Below are positions 47,765 through 57,400 of a stretch of DNA of 64,000 nucleotides, piece by piece; position 1 is the first letter of the stretch; each line of letters begins with the position of its first letter. A program made the translations under genes and the position numbers. The stretch spans positions 5,731 through 69,730 of the forward strand of contig CAYTGI010000003.1 of NCBI GenBank assembly GCA_964437465.1, written 5' to 3'. Origin of the DNA: an uncultured Candidatus Saccharibacteria bacterium. GTDB taxonomy: Bacteria; Patescibacteriota; Dojkabacteria; J137. The notes beneath the pieces are model-generated. The model made no database searches. It was not told the DNA's origin and saw nothing but the letters and a program-made list of their open reading frames with translations.

Positions 47765-47964
47765 TTCTTCGGGATTAAGCGATTGGTTGTGGGCTCCGAA
47801 AATTAAAATCCAAAGGATTTTAAAATTTTCGAGAGTCCTCGTTTTTCTATTGAAGACAAAATTAAAGAAAAAACGGGATTCGAGTCCAACCCGGATCATA
47901 AATAGGAAAAAAAGAATGAATTTTGATTTTGGAGACTAATGAAGAAATATATAGCAACTAAGGT

Positions 47965-49491
47965 TTAGCCATTTTCGTACTTATCTATCTTTTCCTTTAA
48001 TTCGATCATCTTAAGTTCTCTATCTACCATTAATCTATTCAGGTTTTCCAATTCTTCGTTTCTTTTTCTCAATTCATCTTCAATCATCTTACTTTCATTA
48101 ATATTAGTAGAGATGCTAGCTACAGCATAGATTTCTCCTTTATTGTTGAATAAAGGAAATTTTCTTGAAGAGTAAATTAGATCTCCATGATCCTTTGTAG
48201 GTAGTATTTCTTCAACAGTTATCTCATCTCCTATTGTTAAAGCCTTCTTGTCATTTTCCTCAATTTTATTCGCAATCTTAACTGGAAAAAGATCTAAATC
48301 TAGTCTATTTTCAATTCTATGGAATCTAATATCTAATATTTCAATAAATGCCTTATTTGCAAAAACGTACTTACCATTAAGGTCTTTAACATATATAAGT
48401 GCGGAGGTATTGTTTAAAATATCACTAAATCTGGATTTAGTGATTTGTAAATCCTCGTTTAATTTTTCAGCCTGATTATGTATTTTACTTGTAGAGAAGC
48501 TGACAAGATATATGATAATTCCACTAGTTAAAGATAAAGCACCTCCGACAAATAGAACTAATAAAGGAAAAATACTTAACACCTCTTCATTAGAAAAGTC
48601 AGGCTCAGAATAAATTAAAAATTTTATTCTTTTACCACCAAAAGATATAGTTTTTTCGTTTTTTAAAGTTTCATCAGAGACAATATCTATAACTTGACCT
48701 CTTGAATATATAATATTGTTATCTTCCCATACTTCTATATAAACATCAGCACTTTGTTTAGGTGAATTATCAAATATAGTGTCAAAAAAATCATTAACAC
48801 TGAAAGCCATAGAAATAAATCCTTCTACTTCAAGTTGATCTACAGGTTCATTGGTAGTATGTATATCTGCTGGAAAAGGGATTAGGTAATGAAATCCTGG
48901 TTCATTATTAATTAAAAAGTTAAATACATCCGAAGCTGAAGCTAACCCAGATGTCCAAGCACGATTCAAAGCTTCTCTTCTTACACTTTCTTGCCCGATA
49001 TCCCAGCCTAATGTATCCTCAAGTCCTTCTAATGGATAAATATATGTAGCAGGAAAGTATGGTCCGGTTTCAGATGTGCTCTCTATTTCAAACTCATCAA
49101 GTCCATCGTAGACAACCGAACGATCATTTCTAATACTTGTTTCAAATTCATCTACTGCATCTTTGGGTATTATCGGGACATAATAAACTGAGGCAATACC
49201 CCTCAAAGAATGTAAACTTAAAATATGACTGAAGTATTCTATCCAGCTTTTTCTATTAAATTCTTCTAATAAGTTAAAAGTTGAGCTTGCATCTTTTAAG
49301 ACAATCTCGTAGTTATCAATTTGACTTTCAGCGCTTGCGATGAGATTTTCAGAAGCTATGTCAAATCTTTCTCTTGATATATTTTTGAAAGAGTTCATTA
49401 GGATGTATGAAGAAGTAATAGTCAATATAATTAATACTAGAGGTATAAGGTATACTGACAATTTTAATATTTTTTGAAACTCTTTCTCCAT
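47965..49491 (-). CDS. CHASE-like periplasmic sensor + PAS domain membrane protein lacking kinase/output domain
   Basis: Transmembrane segment, ~270-aa extracytoplasmic domain, second transmembrane segment, PAS (ALIYVKDLNGKYVFANKAFIEIL), then a coiled coil and stop. No HisKA or HATPase. Confidence 0.55.
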   Translation of the reverse strand: MEKEFQKILKLSVYLIPLVLIILTITSSYILMNSFKNISRERFDIASENLIASAESQIDNYEIVLKDASSTFNLLEEFNRKSWIEYFSHILSLHSLRGIASVYYVPIIPKDAVDEFETSIRNDRSVVYDGLDEFEIESTSETGPYFPATYIYPLEGLEDTLGWDIGQESVRREALNRAWTSGLASASDVFNFLINNEPGFHYLIPFPADIHTTNEPVDQLEVEGFISMAFSVNDFFDTIFDNSPKQSADVYIEVWEDNNIIYSRGQVIDIVSDETLKNEKTISFGGKRIKFLIYSEPDFSNEEVLSIFPLLVLFVGGALSLTSGIIIYLVSFSTSKIHNQAEKLNEDLQITKSRFSDILNNTSALIYVKDLNGKYVFANKAFIEILDIRFHRIENRLDLDLFPVKIANKIEENDKKALTIGDEITVEEILPTKDHGDLIYSSRKFPLFNNKGEIYAVASISTNINESKMIEDELRKRNEELENLNRLMVDRELKMIELKEKIDKYENG

Positions 49492-49734
49492 TAATACATC
49501 TTAAATAAATAGTCTTTACATGTAAATTACATTTATTTAAGAATAGTAGCTTATGAGGTATAATTCATAGCAACTTACTTGGTGGCTATTGCTCCCCGCA
49601 AGGCGGGACTAATGTGGTCATATATTTTTACTACAATACGTTTGTAAAAATGTGACCTTATTGAGCAGTCTCCAACTTCGCTATTTGTATATCTATGTTG
49701 ATATAGTGAAGAAATGACATTACATAGAGTATTT

Positions 49735-49763
49735 GGTGGCTATAGCTCAGTTGGTAGAGCGTC
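49735..49763 (+). pseudogene. tRNA 5'-fragment (GGTGGCTATAGCTCAGTTGGTAGAGCGTC) upstream of tRNA-His
   Basis: 29 nt nearly identical to the first 29 nt of the adjacent tRNA-His, then diverges. A shorter similar piece (ggtggctattgctcc) lies at 49581-49595. Confidence 0.5.
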
Positions 49764-49783
49764 AAAGTTTTAGATTATAGTGG

Positions 49784-49860
49784 GGTGACCGTAGCTCAGT
49801 TGGTAGAGCGTCGGTTTGTGGTACCGAATGTCGTGGGTTCGAGCCCCATCGGTCACCCCA
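49784..49860 (+). tRNA. tRNA-His (GTG) with encoded G-1 and CCA
   Basis: G-1 then GTGACCG/GCTC-AGTTGGTA-GAGC/TCGGT-TTGTGGT-ACCGA/GTGGG-TTCGAGC-CCCAT/CGGTCAC-C-CCA. Confidence 0.85.
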
Positions 49861-49876
49861 CTGTAATTTAGAAGAG

Positions 49877-49926
49877 GTTTGCCTGCCTGCCGGTAGGCAG
49901 GTGGTACCGAATGTCACGGGTTCGGA
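49877..49926 (+). repeat. Third copy of the gcctgcc-ggcaggc hairpin motif, followed by a tRNA-His 3'-arm-like fragment
   Basis: ggtttgcctgcctgccggtaggcagg matches the terminal hairpin of the 260-bp element. It is followed by ggtggtaccgaatgtcacgggttcggac, close to the tRNA-His anticodon-arm and T-arm sequence. Confidence 0.6.
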
Positions 49927-50221
49927 CTTAATTTTCTAAACGATCCCGATACAATCGGGAGAGTTTATAGAAAATTTGTTCCCGTTTCGGGAGCCCCGTT
50001 AGCCACCCAAAGATTTTTTCTGCAGTTTATAATACACTCAAAAAGTTGACAGTATTAGGAAAATTTTACTCTAATAAAATATATTATAGGTGGTTTAAAA
50101 TCGTTTTAAGTATCAAAACACCATTTTTTTATAGTTTTTAAATATATTTGAGAAAATTCTTCTTTTTGAATAACTCAGTTTGAAGTAAAAAATTGTTTTT
50201 CTTTAACTTTATAAGCTAAAC

Positions 50222-50503
50222 TTGAATGTGAAGTACAATGCATTTGCTTTGATTGAAATTATTGTTGTAGCAGCTTTAATTGCTTTTTTATCAACAATAA
50301 CATTCATTGCTATTAGTCCATCTCAAAACTTTCAGGATGTAAATAGTGCTCTAAGAAAACAGGAGCTTCTAGTAATAGTAAATGCTATTGAATTATACCA
50401 ATTAGACAACAATGGCAATTTCTCATTATTACGTGGTCAGTTCCCTGTACCAATGTACGATATTTCTTTAGCTAATATTAGAATTGATACTGGTACTTGT
50501 TAG
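50222..50503 (+). CDS. Type IV pilin/pseudopilin-like small protein
   Basis: N-terminal KYNAFALIEIIVVAALIA resembles the prepilin leader and hydrophobic stem, with Glu at +5 after a putative NA|F cleavage. Confidence 0.4.
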   Translation: MNVKYNAFALIEIIVVAALIAFLSTITFIAISPSQNFQDVNSALRKQELLVIVNAIELYQLDNNGNFSLLRGQFPVPMYDISLANIRIDTGTC

Positions 50504-50837
50504 GGTATTCCAATAGAGCTACTACCTGAGTTAGAAAATGAATATTACATACCAAAAGAAGAAGCTATAAGTGGCCTATATCGAGTACTTCCTATTGAAA
50601 ATGTAGGTACATTTGCTTGTACTACTCTAGTAGATGGAAGTTTTTATTATATTTTTTTCTAGTTGAGTTTTTCCATAATCCGATTCAAACGCTATATGTT
50701 AACCACACATTAAACTTTTTTTTTAGGATTATTTAATCATCAAACAACTAACCTAGTCTTACCATATCTATCCCATATCTAATACATTTATATTCTTATT
50801 ATTCTTTATAATGTAGCTGTATTATAATATCTGATAG

Positions 50838-51836
50838 ATGGGAATAAATTTTTTTAGAGAAAATAAAGCAAAAAGATTTTTAAATTGGATATTAATAATA
50901 GCTATTATTTACATTATTTTTTTTAGGCCACAGATAAATGATTTATTATTTCAGGACTTTATAACTTTGTTTTTAAGCATTATTGTTGAGGCTTTCCCGT
51001 TTGTAGTTCTGGGTGTCTTAATCTCAATATTTGTAGCCTTATTTATAAAATCAGAAACGATATTTAAGTATATCTCTAAAAATCCAGTTGTTGCTAATAT
51101 GCAAATTTCTCTTTTAGGAACTTTTATGCCTGTTTGTGAATGCGGTAATGTGCCAGTTGCTAGAAGATTTTTAATGAAAAATTTTACTGTATCCCAAACA
51201 ATTACTTTTTTATTAGCTGCACCGATAGTAAATCCAATAACAATCTACTCTACTATTGCTGCATTCGGTTTTAATATTAACGTAGTTTTAATAAGAGTCT
51301 TTGGAGCATTATTAATTGCAAATTTAACTGCCCTAATTTTTATTTTTCTCAACGATCGTAAAAAGTTGCTTAGAGAAGATTTTATTGAATATTGTGAAGT
51401 TCATGGCGATCATTCACATAAACATACTTTAAAAGATGTGTTTACTGAAGGATCGGATATATTTAGAGATGAGTTTATACAAATAATGAAGATGCTTATT
51501 CTTGGATCATTTATTGCAGCAATTTCTCAGACTCTAATTCCTAGAGATGTAATTGTATCAATTGGTAATAATGGAGTGCTTTCAATTATTGCTATGATGA
51601 GCTTAGCTTTTGTTATTTCTATCTGCTCTAATGTAGATGCATTCTTCGCACTTGCATATGTGAATTCCTTTACTATAGGATCGATAATAAGCTTTCTTCT
51701 TTTCGGTCCAATGATTGATATTAAAATGTTAAGTATGCTTAAATCTACTTTTACAACTCGAACTTTATTGATAGTTAGTCTGTCTGTTGCATTACTATCC
51801 TTTATAATTGGTCTATTAGCTAATCTAATATTATGA
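50838..51836 (+). CDS. DUF318/COG0701-family permease
   Basis: Multi-transmembrane protein with a conserved Cys cluster (MPVCECGNVPVARRF). Paired with a downstream COG3689-like gene, as is typical. Confidence 0.5.
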   Translation: MGINFFRENKAKRFLNWILIIAIIYIIFFRPQINDLLFQDFITLFLSIIVEAFPFVVLGVLISIFVALFIKSETIFKYISKNPVVANMQISLLGTFMPVCECGNVPVARRFLMKNFTVSQTITFLLAAPIVNPITIYSTIAAFGFNINVVLIRVFGALLIANLTALIFIFLNDRKKLLREDFIEYCEVHGDHSHKHTLKDVFTEGSDIFRDEFIQIMKMLILGSFIAAISQTLIPRDVIVSIGNNGVLSIIAMMSLAFVISICSNVDAFFALAYVNSFTIGSIISFLLFGPMIDIKMLSMLKSTFTTRTLLIVSLSVALLSFIIGLLANLIL

Positions 51837-52558
51837 ACAAAATAAGTGAGGGAATAGTTATATTGGGATTCAGCGTATATTCGATATACTTAATAATAAT
51901 CGACGACATAAATCTATATATTCATCCTAGATTTGTATCTTTTTCTTTAGTAACTGCAATTATTGCGGCAATCTATGGATTGATAATAATTTTTTTAAAC
52001 AGAAAATCTTTCACTATAAAAGCATATGTACCTAAATTTTATATAAGCGCATTAATATTTGTAATTGTAGTTGGATTTGGCTTTCCTGCTATGCCGCTAA
52101 GTGCAGTTACTGCAGAAAAAAGGATAGATAATCTAAATAATACTAACTTATATTTAGAGCCGAACTCTTACGATCCAAGATTAAACAAGCTTTTAGATAA
52201 AGAAGATAAAGATATTAACGATTGGGTTTATATAGTAATCAACTATCAAAATAAAGAATATTTTAAAAATCAGAAAGTTAACCTAAATGGTTTTGTTCTT
52301 CCAGATAAAAACTATTCATCGGGATTTTTTTATATTACAAAGTTTACTATTACTTGTTGTGCTGTTGACGCAACACCAGTTGGATTGTCAGTAAGATACG
52401 ATTGGATGGATGAGTTTGCAGTTAACGATTGGGTTGAGCTGGAGGGAGATATAGAATTAAGATTTAGAGATGAAGAAAACAAGCTTAATCCATACGTGAT
52501 AATTTATCCAGATACTATTCGTAAAATTGATCCACCAGAGGATCCTTATCTTTTTTAA
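51833..52558 (+). CDS. DUF1980/COG3689-family membrane protein (permease partner)
   Basis: N-terminal transmembrane helices and a C-terminal domain with the CC motif (FTITCCAVDATPVG). Overlaps the upstream permease by 4 bp. Confidence 0.45.
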   Translation: MNKISEGIVILGFSVYSIYLIIIDDINLYIHPRFVSFSLVTAIIAAIYGLIIIFLNRKSFTIKAYVPKFYISALIFVIVVGFGFPAMPLSAVTAEKRIDNLNNTNLYLEPNSYDPRLNKLLDKEDKDINDWVYIVINYQNKEYFKNQKVNLNGFVLPDKNYSSGFFYITKFTITCCAVDATPVGLSVRYDWMDEFAVNDWVELEGDIELRFRDEENKLNPYVIIYPDTIRKIDPPEDPYLF

Positions 52559-52603
52559 ACCTTTCAAATGGCACTTATGAGTTTCAATATTTAGTATTGT
52601 GAT

Positions 52604-52641
52604 AAAAAAAAGACTCTTCTCAGTTAAAGAGTCTTTTTTTT
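52604..52641. terminator. Bidirectional rho-independent terminator
   Basis: A-run, then hairpin agactctt-ctcagtt-aaagagtct, then T-run, between convergent genes. Confidence 0.6.
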
Positions 52642-52655
52642 ATATATTCAATATA

Positions 52656-52907
52656 TTACTCAGCATCAGAAAGAATATGAGGAGACAGCATTCCTGCAAT
52701 CTTCATCATATGAATTTGCTCACTTCCTAAAACCTTTGCAAGTTTTTCATCAGGATTAATCATAGTCTTATTATTAGGATCCTGTAGATTGTTTTCTTTA
52801 ATATAAGCCCAAAGTTGCTTTGTTATTTGAGGTCTAGATAAAGGTTCTGAACCAACAATTGCTTGGAGTTCAGCAGATAGTGTTTTCTTAGTTTGTAATC
52901 CTGCCAT
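52656..52907 (-). CDS. SWIB/MDM2-domain protein
   Basis: LSRPQITKQLWAYIKENNLQDPNNKTMINPDEKLAKVLG matches the SWIB domain consensus. Confidence 0.6.
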   Translation of the reverse strand: MAGLQTKKTLSAELQAIVGSEPLSRPQITKQLWAYIKENNLQDPNNKTMINPDEKLAKVLGSEQIHMMKIAGMLSPHILSDAE

Positions 52908-53087
52908 TTTTATATTATAAAAAATTTATTTATAAGATAACTTAACATATTTCGGAGTTAGTATCATGTTTATCCATTGAAAACTCATTACTCTTATTCG
53001 ATACTTACAGCCAGATAATCAAGTTCCATGTACTTCATCAGGTGTCTAGCAGGATATCGGATCGTAATATTCCCGGCAACATGGTCA

Positions 53088-53768
53088 TCAATACCAAGAA
53101 ATACCTTCTTCAGTAACTTCAAAACCATAGATCATAATTGCGTGTCTTGTTTCTTGCTCCTCCAAAGGTCTATATAATCCATTTAGGTCAGAAACCCCAA
53201 CTATTAATACTTTTCCTTGATTAATATCTTTTGCTAGCTCGATAATCTTACTGTCAGGATCAAAGCCATCTCGATTGTAGTGATGCGCGGTATTATAATG
53301 TCTTTTAAACTCTCCTATTGCTCTAGAACCATAATCCAGTCTTGCTAATTCTAAAGCCATTTCAAAAAAGATAAAGTGATAAATTCGACCACCATTTGAT
53401 TCAGCAATTTTCTCAGCTACTTCATCGTATTCAACTTCTTCTCCTAAATACTGTAATGCATAATATGTAGCCAGCTCAGTGCAGTTTCCTTCACGTGCAT
53501 ATTGTTCATTAGGAATTGGAATATTAGCTTCTGGATTATCTGGATTAGCGGTTATTTTAATACCTGGAACAAATGTTTCATGGTAATATTTACCTTGGTC
53601 ATTGTCCATTTCTTGGCTTAGTGTGTTCAACATAACCATAGCACCAATTTCAAGTTCAATTGCCTTCTCTGTTATTGGTTCTTCTGCCATAAGATCTCTA
53701 TATAACTTACTTATATTATCACTGAGAAAATAGCTTGCATAGTTTAGATTATATATACATATATACAC
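53088..53768 (-). CDS. Putative papain-like (C39-like) cysteine peptidase-domain protein
   Basis: Candidate catalytic Cys (GNCTELATYYALQ) and His (TRHAIMIYGF). The true start is probably an internal Met near 53690. Confidence 0.3.
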   Translation of the reverse strand: MYICIYNLNYASYFLSDNISKLYRDLMAEEPITEKAIELEIGAMVMLNTLSQEMDNDQGKYYHETFVPGIKITANPDNPEANIPIPNEQYAREGNCTELATYYALQYLGEEVEYDEVAEKIAESNGGRIYHFIFFEMALELARLDYGSRAIGEFKRHYNTAHHYNRDGFDPDSKIIELAKDINQGKVLIVGVSDLNGLYRPLEEQETRHAIMIYGFEVTEEGISWY

Positions 53769-53805
53769 AAAGTTATTTAACTAGTATGATGTGCAAGATA
53801 TCCTT

Positions 53806-54399
53806 CTAATTAAGCTCAAGCATACCTCGGAACCCTCTTGAAGAATAAAAAGACTCAGCACCATTATGATACATAAATACAGTATCATATCGTCGATCTC
53901 CAAATAATGCCCCTCCAAGCTCTCTAATTTTTTGTGGAGTACTAAGCCAAGTGGATGTTTTTAAATCAAACTCTCCTAATTCTTGAAGAGCTCTATAAAG
54001 TTCTTCATTTAATATTTCTATTCCCATGTCTTTTGCAATTTCAACTGCATTTCCTCCTGGATTTATTCCTTTTTTCTTTCGTTGGTCTTCTCCTTCTTTG
54101 TCATAGCAAATACTTCTTCTATCTGGTGTTTCTTGGGAACAATCGATTATAAACAACTTATTTCCTAATTTAACTACATCGGGCTTACCACCAGTTCGCT
54201 CCATTGCAACAATTGATCCTATCTTGTTTTTTGTTAGCTTCTTTTCAACTTCAGTCCACTCTACTCCTTTATGTCTGTTCTTATTTTCTTCAAAGCGAGA
54301 TTTTAGAGTTTTCAATAATTCTTTTTTCTCATCAATACTAAATTTTTTATTAACTTTGATTTTAGTTATTGGGTTACCGCTTCCTTTTGGCATTTTCAA
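53806..54399 (-). CDS. DUF4256-like hypothetical protein
   Basis: Recollected similarity to the DUF4256 family (ERTGGKPDVV...GEFD.KTS.W..TP..IR.LGGALF.DRRYD.VF.YHNGAES.Y..RGFRG). Unverified. Confidence 0.3.
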   Translation of the reverse strand: MKMPKGSGNPITKIKVNKKFSIDEKKELLKTLKSRFEENKNRHKGVEWTEVEKKLTKNKIGSIVAMERTGGKPDVVKLGNKLFIIDCSQETPDRRSICYDKEGEDQRKKKGINPGGNAVEIAKDMGIEILNEELYRALQELGEFDLKTSTWLSTPQKIRELGGALFGDRRYDTVFMYHNGAESFYSSRGFRGMLELN

Positions 54400-54410
54400 A
54401 AATTTAATAA

Positions 54411-57400
54411 TTATTTTTTTCTTTTATATTTACTATATTTTCTATTTTGTCTTCTATCTTTTTTAAACTTATCACCAAAAGTGATACAAGAAGCTACCGC
54501 CCCAATTATTACTACTATTAAAACGAGATTAGTTAAATTAAACCCAGTAGGAAGTAGTTCTGAAATAAATGTTTCTTCAGTTTCATCAGTTTCTGAGGAT
54601 TGCTCTCCTTCTTCTGCTGTTAATTCCCAAACTGTTGGATCTATTGGCATCTCTGTTGAAGGGTCATCGGTACATACTGGTTGTTGATTAAATTCAATCT
54701 CATCGTTAATATCTCCGTCTTGATCATCATCCCAGTTTCCGCAGGCTTGATTTTGGACCATAATCATATCCTCAGGTATTGTAATTCTAAAAGTTAAAAC
54801 CACTTCATTTTCTGAATTTTCCTCATCAGTTCCTCCTGGATCAGGACCAATATTTCCTTCCCATACTAATTCCTCTGATATTTCGTTATACATGCAGTTA
54901 GTTGTTATTGAAATACCTCTAGGTTCACATGTAAAACTATTATCAACATAACTTGTTCCTTCTGGAATTGTATCTACAAGAATTACATCTAAAGCTTCAG
55001 TATTTCCATCATTCATCCATACCTGTTTCCATTCAAGCTCAGGTAAGCCCACTTCATTAAAAACTTTCTTTCCTGTAGGAGGGTCGAAAACGTTAGAATA
55101 AACAACTGGAGTTTCGGTAAAGTCTTCATTATCATCATCGTCTTCTTCATCAGAATATTTGTAAGAAATATAGACTTGGTTGTCTATCGTTTCAATTAAG
55201 GAATCATTTAGCTCTCTAACATCAACAGCAAAAACAACATCTCCAGATTCTCCAACTTCAAGATACCCTAGAGGAAACGCACAAACACTTCCAGCATTTC
55301 CATTTGGATCACAAATCCAGCCTGGGGTGCTTAGTGAAGAGTTGAAAGTAGTATTTTGTGGGACGTATTCAGTTATTACAGCATCTTCAGCATCCATATC
55401 ACCTCCATTTCCATAATTCAGTGTATATAAAAGTGTTTCTCCATATCCTATTTCTTCAACTTGAGGTTCTTTATCTATTCCTAAATTAGGTTTTGCGTCA
55501 ATATCGTCAGTATCAGTATCCTGATTATCATCAGGATTAAAATCTGGACCGTATTCTTCATCATAGTTTATTGAAGCAGCATTATAAATCTGATCCTCTC
55601 TAGCAGGTAAACTGTTATCCACATCTACAGCAAATAGAACTTCGTCTGTTTCTCCTGCTCCTAAGGATCCATAATCAAATACACATAGCTGATCAGGTTC
55701 TTCGTCGGTTGTGGAGCATGACCATCCTGGAGTACTATCTGATGAGTTAAAGCTAGTAAATTCTGGGGTAAAATCCTCTATTAACACATTGTTGGCGGTT
55801 GTGTTACCTTTATTTTCTATAGAAAGTGTATAGATTATAGTTTGTCCTGCATTAACAATTGTAAGTCCATCATCCTTAACAATAGATAAGTCTATCTCTC
55901 TTCTTACAGGGGTATCTTCATCGTCACTATTATTACCTGGTGTTAAGTCAGGACCACTTGCCCAGTCATCACTAATAGATATTGTATTATCTATTTGATT
56001 AACACTTTCTGGCATAGAACTGTTGACAGTTACAACAAATAAAGCTGATCCAGTATCTGATGGATTTAAGGTTCCAACAGAGTACGTACATGTACTTCCA
56101 GCTGTATCATCCGGAGCGCATATCCATCCTGGAGTACTAGACCCGCTATCAAAGGTAGTATATTCCGGTACAGTTTCTGTCAAAATTACATTTGTTGATG
56201 TTTGGTTTCCAGCATTTTCATAGAAAATATTATAAACAATCTGTTCTCCATTAAATACATCAATACCTGAATCATTTTTTGTAACAACAAGATCTGGACC
56301 TGCAATGACAGGTGTAACTTCAGAATCACTATTGTCACCAGGGTTTTCGTCAGTTCCATTTGTGCCATCATCTGAAATTGTAACGTTATTAGTTACATCG
56401 TTTACTCCTCCTGGGAAGACTGCATCTGTATCTACAACAAAATCAACTGATCCGCTATCACCAACATCAAGATCGCCAATAGAGAAAGTACAAGTACTAC
56501 CATCATTATTATCAGGAACACATGACCATCCAGGAGTGCTTGATCCTGGATTAAAAGTTGTATTATCAGGAACTACATCAGTAAGTACAACTCCTGTTGC
56601 ATCTTGACTTCCCACATTTGAATAGTCAATTGTATAGGTTATTGGATCTCCAGGAGGAACTGTAACATTACTATCCCCTTTTGAAACTTGTAAATCAGGA
56701 GCTGCTGTAACTGGTGTTGTATCTGGATCATCATTATTTGCAGGAGTTGGGTCAGCTCCGTTTGTCCCATCATCACTGATTGAGGCTGTATTATCAATTT
56801 CATCGTATCCAGAAGGTAAGGTTGTGTCTAAATCAACTGCAAAAGTTATAGAACCTGAATCACCTGCATCTAGATCGCCAATTGAGAAAGTACATGTACT
56901 GCCTTCGTTATTATCAGGAACACATGCCCATCCTGAAGTACTCGTAGCGCTATTAAATGTTGTACCAGTAGGAACATTATCTGTTATCTCAACTCCAGTA
57001 GCATCTTGATTACCAGAATTTGTATAGTCTAAAGTGTATGAGACAGTATCTCCTGGTAAGGCTGTTGCTCCTCCATCATCTTTAGTTATTTCTAAATCAG
57101 GTGCAGCATCAAGAGGATCAGTATCGGTACTTGTATTATTTCCTGGAGTTGGATCATCACCATGAGTTCCATCATCTGAAACATCTGCAGTATTAGTAAA
57201 GTTATCTATTCCAGATGGAATATTAGAGTCTATATCAACAGCAAAGTCTATTGTCGTGTTTGCTCCGTCAGTCAAGGTTCCAACTGAATACGTACAAGTG
57301 CTTCCAGAAGAGTTATCTGGTAGACATGTCCAACCTGGTGAACTTGATCCGTTATTAAAAGTTCCATAATCTGGCACTGTATCTGTAATCTCTACATTAT

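Noticed and set aside
47650-47900. Idea that GGTCCTATAGCTCAACCGGTA plus downstream sequence forms one tRNA carrying tRNA-Lys as a giant intron or permuted tRNA
   Set aside because: No matching 3' half (anticodon arm, T-arm, complementary acceptor strand TAGGACC) could be found downstream. A 5' fragment duplicate is the simpler explanation.
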